40,280 nt of DNA from a virus (lineage: Duplodnaviria; Caudoviricetes): the IMG/VR virus record IMGVR_UViG_3300007562_000007, positions 1 to 40,280 of that record. The stretch is one strand, 5' to 3'. Made by a program: the position numbers and the translations under genes. Numbering within the stretch: the stretch's first letter is position 1; each line of letters begins with the position of its first letter. The notes beneath the pieces are model-generated. The model saw nothing but the letters and a program-made list of their open reading frames with translations. It did no database searches and was not told where the DNA came from. Positions 1 to 7,239 of the stretch are shown in pieces.

Positions 1-28
1 AAGTTAAGTAGTGTTATTTTTTTTTTTT

Positions 29-241
29 TTATTGATCAAACAATTCTAACTTGACAGAAGCTTTATCTTCATAAATTCTTCTGATAATTTCATTACGATT
101 GTTGGCAACCATTTTACCTGCTAAGCCTTCAATTGTCTTTGCTTTTTGGAATGAAATTTTATCGTTGGCAACCATACTTAAAGTTTCTCCCAACAATTTG
201 TTCAATTCAGCTGCGTTGGCAATTGCTTTTATTTCTTTCAT
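29..241 (-). CDS. small helical hypothetical phage protein
   Basis: 70-aa ORF with SD-like AAGGA upstream of ATG; directly downstream of the Zn-ribbon repeat gene. Confidence 0.75.
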   Translation of the reverse strand: MKEIKAIANAAELNKLLGETLSMVANDKISFQKAKTIEGLAGKMVANNRNEIIRRIYEDKASVKLELFDQ

Positions 242-281
242 TTTGATTCCTTATTTTAAGTTAAAGTTATACATTGAATTT

Positions 282-1160
282 TTAAGATGCCAATGCTTCA
301 TCTTTGTTATCATATAAGATACCGTTATTTGCGCAATCATTTTTCTTCAAACGTCTAACTTCTCTATAAAGTTTAATTGAAGTTTTTCTGAGTTCTATAT
401 ACTCTTTGGGTAATTCTTCAAATTTAATTTTATACTTTTTGAGTTCATCCTTCAAAACAGTTTTCATATAGGAATCTGCAAGTTCTTTACTTGTCTTTAT
501 TCTATATTTAACCTTGCTTTTCTTGTTTCCTTCGCTATTTTGTTCTCTACGATGTTTGCCGTAGATTAAGCGACATTGTCTACATCTACATTGATATTTA
601 AGATTTTTTTCACGTTCAACTATTTTCTTACAGTCTACACACTTTAACAAACTACCATTTGATTCTATTATTTTGTTTCTGACTATTAAAGATTCTCTAA
701 GTTCCTCAACAGTACTGTTTTTGAAATGTTTTGAATATAAAAGAGTTTTTAAATAAAATTCTGAAAGTGTTTTTCTTTCTTCTTTAATTCTTTTGGACTT
801 CATCTCATTTAGACATTTTTTACAAAACCTTTTTCTGATGGGAAAGGCTTCAAAAGATTTTGCCACATTACAACCTTTACATATTTTCAATCCTTCTGGG
901 GTTATATGGCTTCTGTCTAACAGCATCTTTTGTCTGTACTGCTCTACGGTAAGTTTAGATTTTGTAACCTTAATGCGTTGCTTAATATAAACATCAGATA
1001 ATTCTTTACTATTTTTGACAATTCTTCTTTTACGTTGTTCTGCATAACAAATCTTACACTTATACAAATAACCTAAAAGTCCCTTTTTATTCTTATAGTC
1101 TTGCATTTCATTCAATGGTTTTTCTATATTACACATTTTACATAATTTAGTTTCACACAT
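282..1160 (-). CDS. basic protein with three Zn-ribbon (CxxC...CxxC) repeats, probably DNA binding
   Basis: CKMC/CKIC, CKGC/CKKC and CVDC/CRQC pairs, each followed by an ELSDVYIK / TLSEFYLK / ELADSYMK motif; very K/R-rich. Confidence 0.75.
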   Translation of the reverse strand: MCETKLCKMCNIEKPLNEMQDYKNKKGLLGYLYKCKICYAEQRKRRIVKNSKELSDVYIKQRIKVTKSKLTVEQYRQKMLLDRSHITPEGLKICKGCNVAKSFEAFPIRKRFCKKCLNEMKSKRIKEERKTLSEFYLKTLLYSKHFKNSTVEELRESLIVRNKIIESNGSLLKCVDCKKIVEREKNLKYQCRCRQCRLIYGKHRREQNSEGNKKSKVKYRIKTSKELADSYMKTVLKDELKKYKIKFEELPKEYIELRKTSIKLYREVRRLKKNDCANNGILYDNKDEALAS

Positions 1161-1167
1161 ACGATTT

Positions 1168-1194
1168 CCTGAGTAGTTTAAAGACTTACTCAGG
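1168..1194 (-). promoter_or_regulatory. stem-loop overlapping the ribosome binding site of the Zn-ribbon gene
   Basis: 8-bp inverted repeat CCTGAGTA (1168-1175) / TACTCAGG (1187-1194); AGG of the AGGA SD lies in the stem. Confidence 0.5.
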
Positions 1195-1202
1195 TCTTTA
1201 AG

Positions 1203-1391
1203 TTATTTTAATTTTATTACAGGAGCTTTGGGATTGATATGACCAAATCGGTCTCCTTGCAATAGCCTATTATCTCTGACAATATAAACTGGTGCATTTT
1301 GTATAACATGACCAAATCTATCTCTTTGGTAGATCTTTACATCTGAGTAAGCATTACTCGTTAAGCACAGCATTAAAATTAGATATTTCAT
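1203..1391 (-). CDS. small secreted hypothetical protein
   Basis: N-terminal MKYLILMLCLTSNAYS signal-peptide pattern; internal repeat QRDRFGHV / QGDRFGHI; ATGA overlap with the upstream gene. Confidence 0.7.
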   Translation of the reverse strand: MKYLILMLCLTSNAYSDVKIYQRDRFGHVIQNAPVYIVRDNRLLQGDRFGHINPKAPVIKLK

Positions 1392-1645
1392 AGGTAATTC
1401 TCCTTTTCAATGACACCGGCAAGAAATCCCGCATCACTTATTTGTGGTCTTTCCATTTTCTTTGAATCGTACAATGTCCTGACAGCACTTTGTCTATTCA
1501 TGAACTTCTTGAAAGTTGCTTCAATTCTTGGAACATCTTTCTTAGCTTCTTTGAGAGTAGCTCTCAAAGGGCCTTTTATGGAGCCATCTGGAATCTCTTG
1601 AATTGCCATATAACCATCTTCCACTTTTTGCACTTGAACATTCAT
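1388..1645 (-). CDS. hypothetical protein (start moved to ATG at 1645)
   Basis: AAGGAG SD precedes ATG 1645 (MNVQVQK); the track's GTG at 1678 lies inside a terminator hairpin. Confidence 0.7.
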   Translation of the reverse strand: MNVQVQKVEDGYMAIQEIPDGSIKGPLRATLKEAKKDVPRIEATFKKFMNRQSAVRTLYDSKKMERPQISDAGFLAGVIEKENYL

Positions 1646-1663
1646 CTTATTCTCCTTATTTTC

Positions 1664-1692
1664 AAAATAAAAGGCCACCGTTAGGCAGCCTT
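1664..1692 (-). terminator. probable intrinsic terminator
   Basis: minus strand AAGGCTGCC-TAAC-GGTGGCCTT followed by TTATTTT at the end of the hydrolase gene. Confidence 0.65.
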
Positions 1693-2097
1693 GTAAAATT
1701 TGTGATGCTTATAAGCTCCTAGATATACTAATTTCTTAGCCCATTTTGGTCTCGCTTTCATATTGTGAAAATGAGTAGCTTCTTTGAATCGTTTTGGTAT
1801 AATATACTTTCCCCTGTAAAGGTCCAGTACGGTTTGTTTAAGGACTTCATCCATGTCCTTGGGTATCCGTTTTGATACATCATAAGCAAACTGATTAGGT
1901 TTACTTGCGATTTTACAGACCCTTTCTTCGTGAGATCTATTTATTATTACATTTGCAATCAACATCATTCCCAAAAGATCTTCACCTTTTGCTTCATTGA
2001 ATGATGTGGTTGTCAAACACAATAAATCCCTTTTATTTATGTTTGCTTGTGCATTGATACTGAACAACACAAGCACTATAAATAATACTCTTTTCAT
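1681..2097 (-). CDS. cell wall hydrolase, SleB/Hydrolase_2-like, with signal peptide
   Basis: CL...FNEAKGE, IANVIINR, NQF, ATHFH, PKWA and HKFY motifs typical of SleB-like lytic transglycosylases; GGAGG SD. Confidence 0.9.
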   Translation of the reverse strand: MKRVLFIVLVLFSINAQANINKRDLLCLTTTSFNEAKGEDLLGMMLIANVIINRSHEERVCKIASKPNQFAYDVSKRIPKDMDEVLKQTVLDLYRGKYIIPKRFKEATHFHNMKARPKWAKKLVYLGAYKHHKFYKAA

Positions 2098-2167
2098 AGT
2101 GTGCCTCCGTAAGATACCTATCTATCTGATATCATATAAGATACCCATTTTTCCGCATGGATACCTT

Positions 2168-2201
2168 GAAAATAAATCCCTAAGATTGCTCTTAGGGATT
2201 T
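2168..2201 (-). terminator. strong intrinsic terminator-like hairpin
   Basis: perfect 12-bp stem AAATCCCTAAGA/TCTTAGGGATTT with GCAA tetraloop on the minus strand, followed by ATTTT. Confidence 0.7.
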
Positions 2202-2270
2202 TAGGGATAGTTATAATAACAACTAATGGATAGTGATACTCTGGAATGAAATCCCAGGGCAGCACCGAAG

Positions 2271-2289
2271 GGGTTAATTTAACGGGCTT
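2271..2289 (-). repeat. 19-bp intergenic repeat copy 1 (candidate phage RNAP promoter/regulatory site)
   Basis: GGGTTAATTTAACGGGCTT, identical to 30180-30198. Confidence 0.8.
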
Positions 2290-2438
2290 CTTGTGTGAAC
2301 GTAATGCACCATTCTTATCAAAATTAATTTGTTCAATAACACAAACTTTTTGCAGGCACACTTGTCACGGTTGTCCACCCCATGAGTGTCGTATCAGCCA
2401 CCCGAAATTCTGTCACTGTCCACACCCTACGCCAAAGT

Positions 2439-2885
2439 TCAGGCCAAGTCGTACACCGCCAACGATCCTACTCGCGCCCAACCAGCCTTCTCCAAGATTC
2501 TGGTGAATGTGTTGTTTTCGTCTTGATTGCTTCCTGTGGACAAGACATATCTGATTTTCCTCAATTCAGCTTCTTCCAGCAAAGCGTCATGTAGCATCAC
2601 AACTGCCTTAAATGCTTTAGAACCTTTAAAATCTGAACCATAATAAACTTGTTGCATTACCTGTCCTTTAACAAAATCTTTTTGTGTGACTATTGCCAAC
2701 AACCAAGCCATTATCACTCCATCCACTTCCAGCACTCTCATGAAAGCGTTGTTGGTCACGTAACGCCTGATTGCTTTGATTGCAGTCTCTCTGTCAGAAG
2801 GTATTAAATCTTCCCTGTTGTATTTGATGTAAAGATCTACACATGTCCCCAATTCTTCTTTATTCTTAATTTTTCTTACAAGCAT
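2439..2885 (-). CDS. GNAT-fold acetyltransferase-like protein
   Basis: VLEVDGVIMAWLL strand, DFKGSKA loop, and C-terminal ILEKAGWARVG resembling GNAT motif B; GGAG SD. Confidence 0.6.
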   Translation of the reverse strand: MLVRKIKNKEELGTCVDLYIKYNREDLIPSDRETAIKAIRRYVTNNAFMRVLEVDGVIMAWLLAIVTQKDFVKGQVMQQVYYGSDFKGSKAFKAVVMLHDALLEEAELRKIRYVLSTGSNQDENNTFTRILEKAGWARVGSLAVYDLA

Positions 2886-2895
2886 ATATTCTCCA

Positions 2896-2923
2896 AAATA
2901 AAACCCCTACAATTTGGTAGGGG
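2896..2923 (-). terminator. probable intrinsic terminator
   Basis: CCCCTAC/GTAGGGG 7-bp stem followed on the minus strand by TTTTATTT. Confidence 0.7.
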
Positions 2924-2931
2924 ATACTTTA

Positions 2932-3162
2932 TTACTTAGAACTGTTCATGTGAGCGACCACGAGTTCGATCAAAAGATTCAAAGCGAATCCCAAGATGCC
3001 GTAGCCGATTTGAATGAACATTTCTTTTGCTTTGTCGAACTTTTCAGAACCACTCAGCTCTGAGTTTTCAACGGTCTTTACCACTTCTCTCATTGCAGCT
3101 ACAGGAGCGCCACCGTAACAGAATTTGGCAAATCTGTCGATCACAAAAGGAACTAACTTCAT
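2932..3162 (-). CDS. small membrane-associated protein, holin-like
   Basis: ATG 3162 with AAGGA SD; SGSEKFDKAK segment then hydrophobic C-terminal helix (IGYGILGFALNLLIELVV). Confidence 0.55.
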   Translation of the reverse strand: MKLVPFVIDRFAKFCYGGAPVAAMREVVKTVENSELSGSEKFDKAKEMFIQIGYGILGFALNLLIELVVAHMNSSK

Positions 3163-3317
3163 ATACAATCCTTACATTTTATTTTAAACACAAAACCATC
3201 CAGTACGGTAGGTACGTTTGAAGTTTCTGTTTCATATTCCAACAAGGGTACAATTGAGTAACTCAAATTGGAACATGAAGAAATCACAAATACACAACCG
3301 ATTAATATGTATCTCAC
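3159..3317 (-). CDS. 52-aa lipoprotein, spanin candidate (not in ORF track)
   Basis: GTG start overlapping the upstream stop; MRYILIGCVFVISSC lipobox-like signal; its stop overlaps the next ATG (ATGA). Confidence 0.6.
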   Translation of the reverse strand: MRYILIGCVFVISSCSNLSYSIVPLLEYETETSNVPTVLDGFVFKIKCKDCI

Positions 3318-3586
3318 TTTGGTTTAACACCAACTTTCGAAGATGTTATTGTCGTGAGTACATTGTTCACTATTGCCACAACAGCAGCAATACCCATACC
3401 TGCAGCTTGAAGTGTTTCATCGTCCACATGTATTTCATAACCAAAACCGTTTGCAATGACGGCACATGCAGTGAGTACGGCAATTACGCCATTACCTGCA
3501 TTTTGTCTGTTCTTCCAAACCTTGGAATTGGTCAATTCTTTACCTTCTTGAAATAAAGTGAAGAAGGCTTTAAACTCTGCAATCAT
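3314..3586 (-). CDS. holin-like two-transmembrane protein
   Basis: two hydrophobic helices (GVIAVLTACAVIANGFG; GMGIAAVVAIVNNVLT) and basic tail TSSKVGVKPK; AGGAG SD before ATG 3586. Confidence 0.65.
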   Translation of the reverse strand: MIAEFKAFFTLFQEGKELTNSKVWKNRQNAGNGVIAVLTACAVIANGFGYEIHVDDETLQAAGMGIAAVVAIVNNVLTTITSSKVGVKPK

Positions 3587-3594
3587 AGATTCTC

Positions 3595-3903
3595 CTAGTT
3601 GCAATTGAACACAGTTCTTACCGGTTTTGAGTTCTTACTGTTACAAGTAGCCGCACAACCTTGAGGAGTTGTTTCCCACTTATCTTTCTCTCTACTTGCT
3701 TTGACAGACTGATACTGCATGTTTCCAACAATATCTAAACCGCCACAACTCAAAGCACAAACGTGATCCACAATGTAGCCTGGTCTACCGTGAGGATAAC
3801 CTTGTTGTTTGTCAAATTGGCGTTTCACACTTGTTGATCTGCAAGCAGCCGAAGCTGAGAAAGTAAAGGAAAGCATCAAAATAAAAATAATATATCTCAT
3901 CAC
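3595..3903 (-). CDS. HNH endonuclease-like protein with N-terminal signal peptide
   Basis: GYIVDHVCALSCGGLDIVGNMQYQ...KD HNH core; MMRYIIFILMLSFTFSASA Sec signal. Confidence 0.75.
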   Translation of the reverse strand: MMRYIIFILMLSFTFSASAACRSTSVKRQFDKQQGYPHGRPGYIVDHVCALSCGGLDIVGNMQYQSVKASREKDKWETTPQGCAATCNSKNSKPVRTVFNCN

Positions 3904-4166
3904 ATTACCGGATTGGTTGTCACATACATCCCTGTGTCTTTAGTGTCGGCCTTTTCCTTGCCTATCTTCTTACCGGCTTTGAAAGCCTTATGTAAGTATC
4001 TATTCAGTAGAGTTTCAAAATCTACTTTTGCGGATTCTAATGCTTTATTCATTTCTTCGACATTGGGATACGTTTTGCTTGCAGCATCTGTGGCAATGTA
4101 GTAAAGCTTATCCAAAGCTTCATCTGAAATTACCGCAGCATGCTTAATCTTAATATCAGTGGCCAT
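3900..4166 (-). CDS. hypothetical protein
   Basis: 88-aa ORF overlapping both neighbours, AAGGA SD. Confidence 0.7.
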   Translation of the reverse strand: MATDIKIKHAAVISDEALDKLYYIATDAASKTYPNVEEMNKALESAKVDFETLLNRYLHKAFKAGKKIGKEKADTKDTGMYVTTNPVM

Positions 4167-4524
4167 AAATCTTCCTTAAATATTTCACTAATGATTTCAA
4201 AAATTCTTGGCCTTTATCTTCTTGCAAATACAAGGCTATATTGTTCCCTAAACTGTTTAAACACTTAGGATCCAACAACCAAGCACTATCATCTTCAGAT
4301 AAGGCACTTCCTAAAACTTGCAGCAGAGTCACTTGTTTTGGTTGAGCACTCACTGAAGCAATTTTCCTTTCAACTGCATCATTGATCATTCTTTCTATAT
4401 CGACAGCTTCACTTTTAGGAGGCTCTGTGCGCGCCATAGGCACTTTTAAAGCAGATATAGTGTTTTTGCTTGCATTCAATTCAGCAAGTTGTTTTTGCAA
4501 TTGTTCCAATGAGGGCTCTTCCAT
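4156..4524 (-). CDS. hypothetical protein with N-terminal coiled coil
   Basis: 122-aa ORF, GGAG SD, helical content. Confidence 0.75.
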   Translation of the reverse strand: MEEPSLEQLQKQLAELNASKNTISALKVPMARTEPPKSEAVDIERMINDAVERKIASVSAQPKQVTLLQVLGSALSEDDSAWLLDPKCLNSLGNNIALYLQEDKGQEFLKSLVKYLRKIYGH

Positions 4525-4528
4525 TCTT

Positions 4529-4810
4529 TTACTCCGTACGTTTAATTTCTTTCAATCCATTTCTTCTGTGACCATGAGAGCTTCCATGTGACGTTCCTTC
4601 ATCATTATTCCCGCTTCCATTACCATTTCCTTTGATTTCTTCGTCGTCATCATCGTGATCGTCATCACAATCATTTTCAACGGTCTCATCATTGTCATCA
4701 GACTCCTCTTCATCATCTGAACTATCCGTAGTTTCAGAATCGTCATCTCCACCATCTTCGTCCTGAATCACAGTGGTGATGTAAATATCGTCAATGCTTA
4801 CTGAGGGGAT
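4529..4810 (-). CDS. highly acidic low-complexity reading frame, in frame with the upstream gene (possible readthrough extension)
   Basis: open from 4810 (immediately after TGA 4811-4813) to TAA 4529; D/E-rich; no SD before GTG 4771. Confidence 0.5.
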   Translation of the reverse strand: MPSVSIDDIYITTVIQDEDGGDDDSETTDSSDDEEESDDNDETVENDCDDDHDDDDEEIKGNGNGSGNNDEGTSHGSSHGHRRNGLKEIKRTE

Positions 4811-5602
4811 TCAGGAAACACGTGTATTGGCTGCAGTTTGGCTATTGCCAGACACAGTACCACTACCGATGTTCAAAACACCCTGAGTAACTCTTTGCTC
4901 TGCAATCAATTGCTGTAACAAAGAATTGGTCAAAATACCTTGTTGTTGCTGTTGTTGCTGCAATTGGTTTTGATTGATATTATTCGTAACAGTCACACCG
5001 CTTGCAGATACTGCGCGCTCATTCAACAGCTCTGTGATTCTATTTTCTGCAATCACAATTTGTCTGTTTAAGTTTGCGGTTTCAATCGATTGAATTAAAG
5101 CTCTTGTCTTATCACCATCATTAGTAACTACTTGTGCCAATTCAAACTTAGTTTCCATTAAATTTGTATTGACTTGGTTCAGTTGTTGCATCAACATGAC
5201 AGAGTTTGCGGAAGCCGAATCTTTGGCTTGAGTAACAGTGTTTGTCAAAGCAGCAGCTACGCCACTAACTTGATTTTGAAGTATGCCTGTTTGAGCAGCA
5301 TTGTTGGCAACCATGGCTTCAGAACCTACGGCCACAGCTTGTTTAATGTCACCAATTCCTGACATGATAGACATATTTGCTTGTGGTTGTGCAGGGCTAT
5401 CCCAGCCTCTGTTGTTTCCATCAAAACCATTACCATTGTTGAATAATAGTCTGCCCAATAAAGCACCCATTACAAACTGTGATCCACCTTGATCGCCACC
5501 TAATAAATTAGACATACTGCCTCCTGCAATTGCTGATTGTAATAAAGAGTTTAAATCCAGTCCACCCATAGGGCTTCCTGTACCGCTAGCATCCACTGCC
5601 AT
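4811..5602 (-). CDS. G/N/Q-rich coiled-coil protein of unknown function (start moved to ATG 5602)
   Basis: AGGAG SD before MAVDASG; GG-rich N-terminus, DGDKTRALI helix, poly-Q tract. Confidence 0.8.
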   Translation of the reverse strand: MAVDASGTGSPMGGLDLNSLLQSAIAGGSMSNLLGGDQGGSQFVMGALLGRLLFNNGNGFDGNNRGWDSPAQPQANMSIMSGIGDIKQAVAVGSEAMVANNAAQTGILQNQVSGVAAALTNTVTQAKDSASANSVMLMQQLNQVNTNLMETKFELAQVVTNDGDKTRALIQSIETANLNRQIVIAENRITELLNERAVSASGVTVTNNINQNQLQQQQQQQGILTNSLLQQLIAEQRVTQGVLNIGSGTVSGNSQTAANTRVS

Positions 5603-5615
5603 ACGATTTCTCCTG

Positions 5616-5664
5616 AAAAATGCCCAGAGAGTGCTGGGCACACTTTAGGGAATCATTCCCTAAA
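5616..5664 (-). terminator. tandem hairpins ending the tail operon
   Basis: TTTAGGGAAT-C-ATTCCCTAAA palindrome (5644-5664), then TGCCCAG/CTGGGCA stem (5621-5640) with TTTTT on the minus strand. Confidence 0.65.
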
Positions 5665-5666
5665 AC

Positions 5667-6197
5667 TTACAAAGGAGCGATTGTAGCTTCAAAAGTTGAA
5701 ATCACTGTATCCATTTCAATTTCTAAAGATAAAGTATCAATCTCCGCTTTACTACTGTTTGCTAAAGCACGAATATTGTCTATCCATGCTCGCATTGTTA
5801 ACACTTCTTGGGAATCTGGTCCAAAATCATAAGGTTTATTTATTTGGTCATATATAGGATATACATATGATATCTTATAACTGGCAATACCATTGATCTT
5901 ATTCTTTTTAGAATTTCTCAACAGTACCAAATAATCGCCTGGATTTTCCCAAGCACATATCTCTGAATTCCAAACTTGAAATTCATTAGAACGTGGAATA
6001 TGATAACCAATGGCATTATCACTGTAATGATATGTATTGATTATCGTATTGTTATCCACGTCTTCTTCCAATATCTTAACTATAAGATTGTTCGGTAGAA
6101 GTTCACCATCTGAATATTTAATATTCTCTGGATTTAAAAATTCACCAATAGATACTGGAAGTTTACTTAATAAATCAAATGTAATAACTTTACTCAT
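5667..6197 (-). CDS. tail fibre assembly/chaperone-like protein
   Basis: position after tail tip genes; C-terminal KI...YPIYDQIN...MRAWIDNIRALANSSKAEIDTL pattern typical of fibre-associated chaperones. Confidence 0.5.
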   Translation of the reverse strand: MSKVITFDLLSKLPVSIGEFLNPENIKYSDGELLPNNLIVKILEEDVDNNTIINTYHYSDNAIGYHIPRSNEFQVWNSEICAWENPGDYLVLLRNSKKNKINGIASYKISYVYPIYDQINKPYDFGPDSQEVLTMRAWIDNIRALANSSKAEIDTLSLEIEMDTVISTFEATIAPL

Positions 6198-6199
6198 AA

Positions 6200-6805
6200 T
6201 TAGCCTTGTATTATAACAACATGATTGTTTACAGCTCTAGTATAATTTCCAGAACCACCTGGCCCAACAACAATACTTGTTTGTGTAAAACTGAAAGTAT
6301 TTCCTGTAAAATACGCAGTCATCATAAACGCATTTGTATTTCCATTTAAAGTTTTATTGTAAGTAGCCATGCCTAAAGAGCTGATTAGTATGTAATAATT
6401 TCTGTTTGGTTTTGTAGCTATCATTGGTGCAGAATATGGGCCAAGATCATTGTGCCAAAGTACATCTTGATTAAAAGCAATGGCAGGATATGATAATGCA
6501 CTATCAAATATTAGTATATCGCTACCATTTCTAATTAACATTCCGTAGCCAATATTGGCTATACCAGTAGGGTTAACAGGAACAAGTCTTACACGAGTTA
6601 TTGTGCCACCGTCGGTAGTATACACATTATTGGTTTTAGGATTTTTATAAATCCCAGCAGCTGTGTTGGTCGCCCTAACTGCATATTCACCAGTAATGAT
6701 TGTACCATTTGGAACTACAGTCTTTTCAATATACATTACAGAATTATTTGAGAAAGTTAAAACACCCTGCTCATTATACATATTTAAACCAAATGTCATA
6801 ATCAA
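6200..6805 (-). CDS. minor tail tip protein
   Basis: two FG/YG-L-x-x-x-N-x-x-G-x-L-x-F repeats (MTFGLNMYNEQGVLTFS; YGMLIRNGSDILIFDS) typical of genes downstream of J-like tips. Confidence 0.7.
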   Translation of the reverse strand: MIMTFGLNMYNEQGVLTFSNNSVMYIEKTVVPNGTIITGEYAVRATNTAAGIYKNPKTNNVYTTDGGTITRVRLVPVNPTGIANIGYGMLIRNGSDILIFDSALSYPAIAFNQDVLWHNDLGPYSAPMIATKPNRNYYILISSLGMATYNKTLNGNTNAFMMTAYFTGNTFSFTQTSIVVGPGGSGNYTRAVNNHVVIIQG

Positions 6806-7239
6806 TACTCATATAAATCTAATGTAAAATATCCAGCAGAAGTTGTATCACCAGATGGATAGATATCTGGAAAACCTCCTAAGTAGATCCTCAACGTATT
6901 ACCATTGAGGATTGTAAAGGAGTCGTTGGTCATACGAGCTGTTTGTGATGGAACTCCAACATAGACTAAATAGAAGTGAGATACAGCAACTGGAATAATA
7001 CCAATGATATTAGTATCATTAGTTATATAAGATGTTACATCTAAATCAAAAACAGAATATGTAGTATATTCATTATTCCTACTTGTATCGGTTACTGCAG
7101 TCAATCCTGAATATAACCAATTATAACCAACTCCTGGATAACCTATATAAGTAGTACTACTTATGAATTTAAATATTCTATCGGAACTGTCTAAGTTCAG
7201 GTTACCGTTAGAATCTCTCAATTGAAAACCCATTGTCAT
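6802..7239 (-). CDS. minor tail tip protein
   Basis: MGFQLRDSNGNLNLDSSDR N-terminus; translationally coupled to the tip gene. Confidence 0.7.
   Translation of the reverse strand: MTMGFQLRDSNGNLNLDSSDRIFKFISSTTYIGYPGVGYNWLYSGLTAVTDTSRNNEYTTYSVFDLDVTSYITNDTNIIGIIPVAVSHFYLVYVGVPSQTARMTNDSFTILNGNTLRIYLGGFPDIYPSGDTTSAGYFTLDLYEY

Noticed and set aside
17-30. 14-nt T homopolymer at window start
   Set aside because: At the sequence edge and on the wrong strand for a terminator U-tract of the adjacent gene; may be a homopolymer artefact
2122-2361. 79-aa minus-strand ORF
   Set aside because: GTG start without clear SD; runs through a strong terminator hairpin and the 19-bp motif; more likely non-coding
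3251-3270. CAATTGAGT-A-ACTCAAATTG inverted repeat sharing TGAGT/ACTCA arms with hairpins at 1168 and 30087
   Set aside because: Inside a coding region, spacers differ among the three sites, and short AT-rich arms can arise by chance
4552-4755. Met-rich 67-aa ORF
   Set aside because: Explained as the shifted reading of GAT-GAT (Asp) runs in the acidic frame; a weak AGGA upstream means it is not fully excluded
4811-4813. Alternative genetic code (TGA or TAG recoded)
   Set aside because: TGA and TAG end many tightly coupled genes here and long ORFs are intact under code 11
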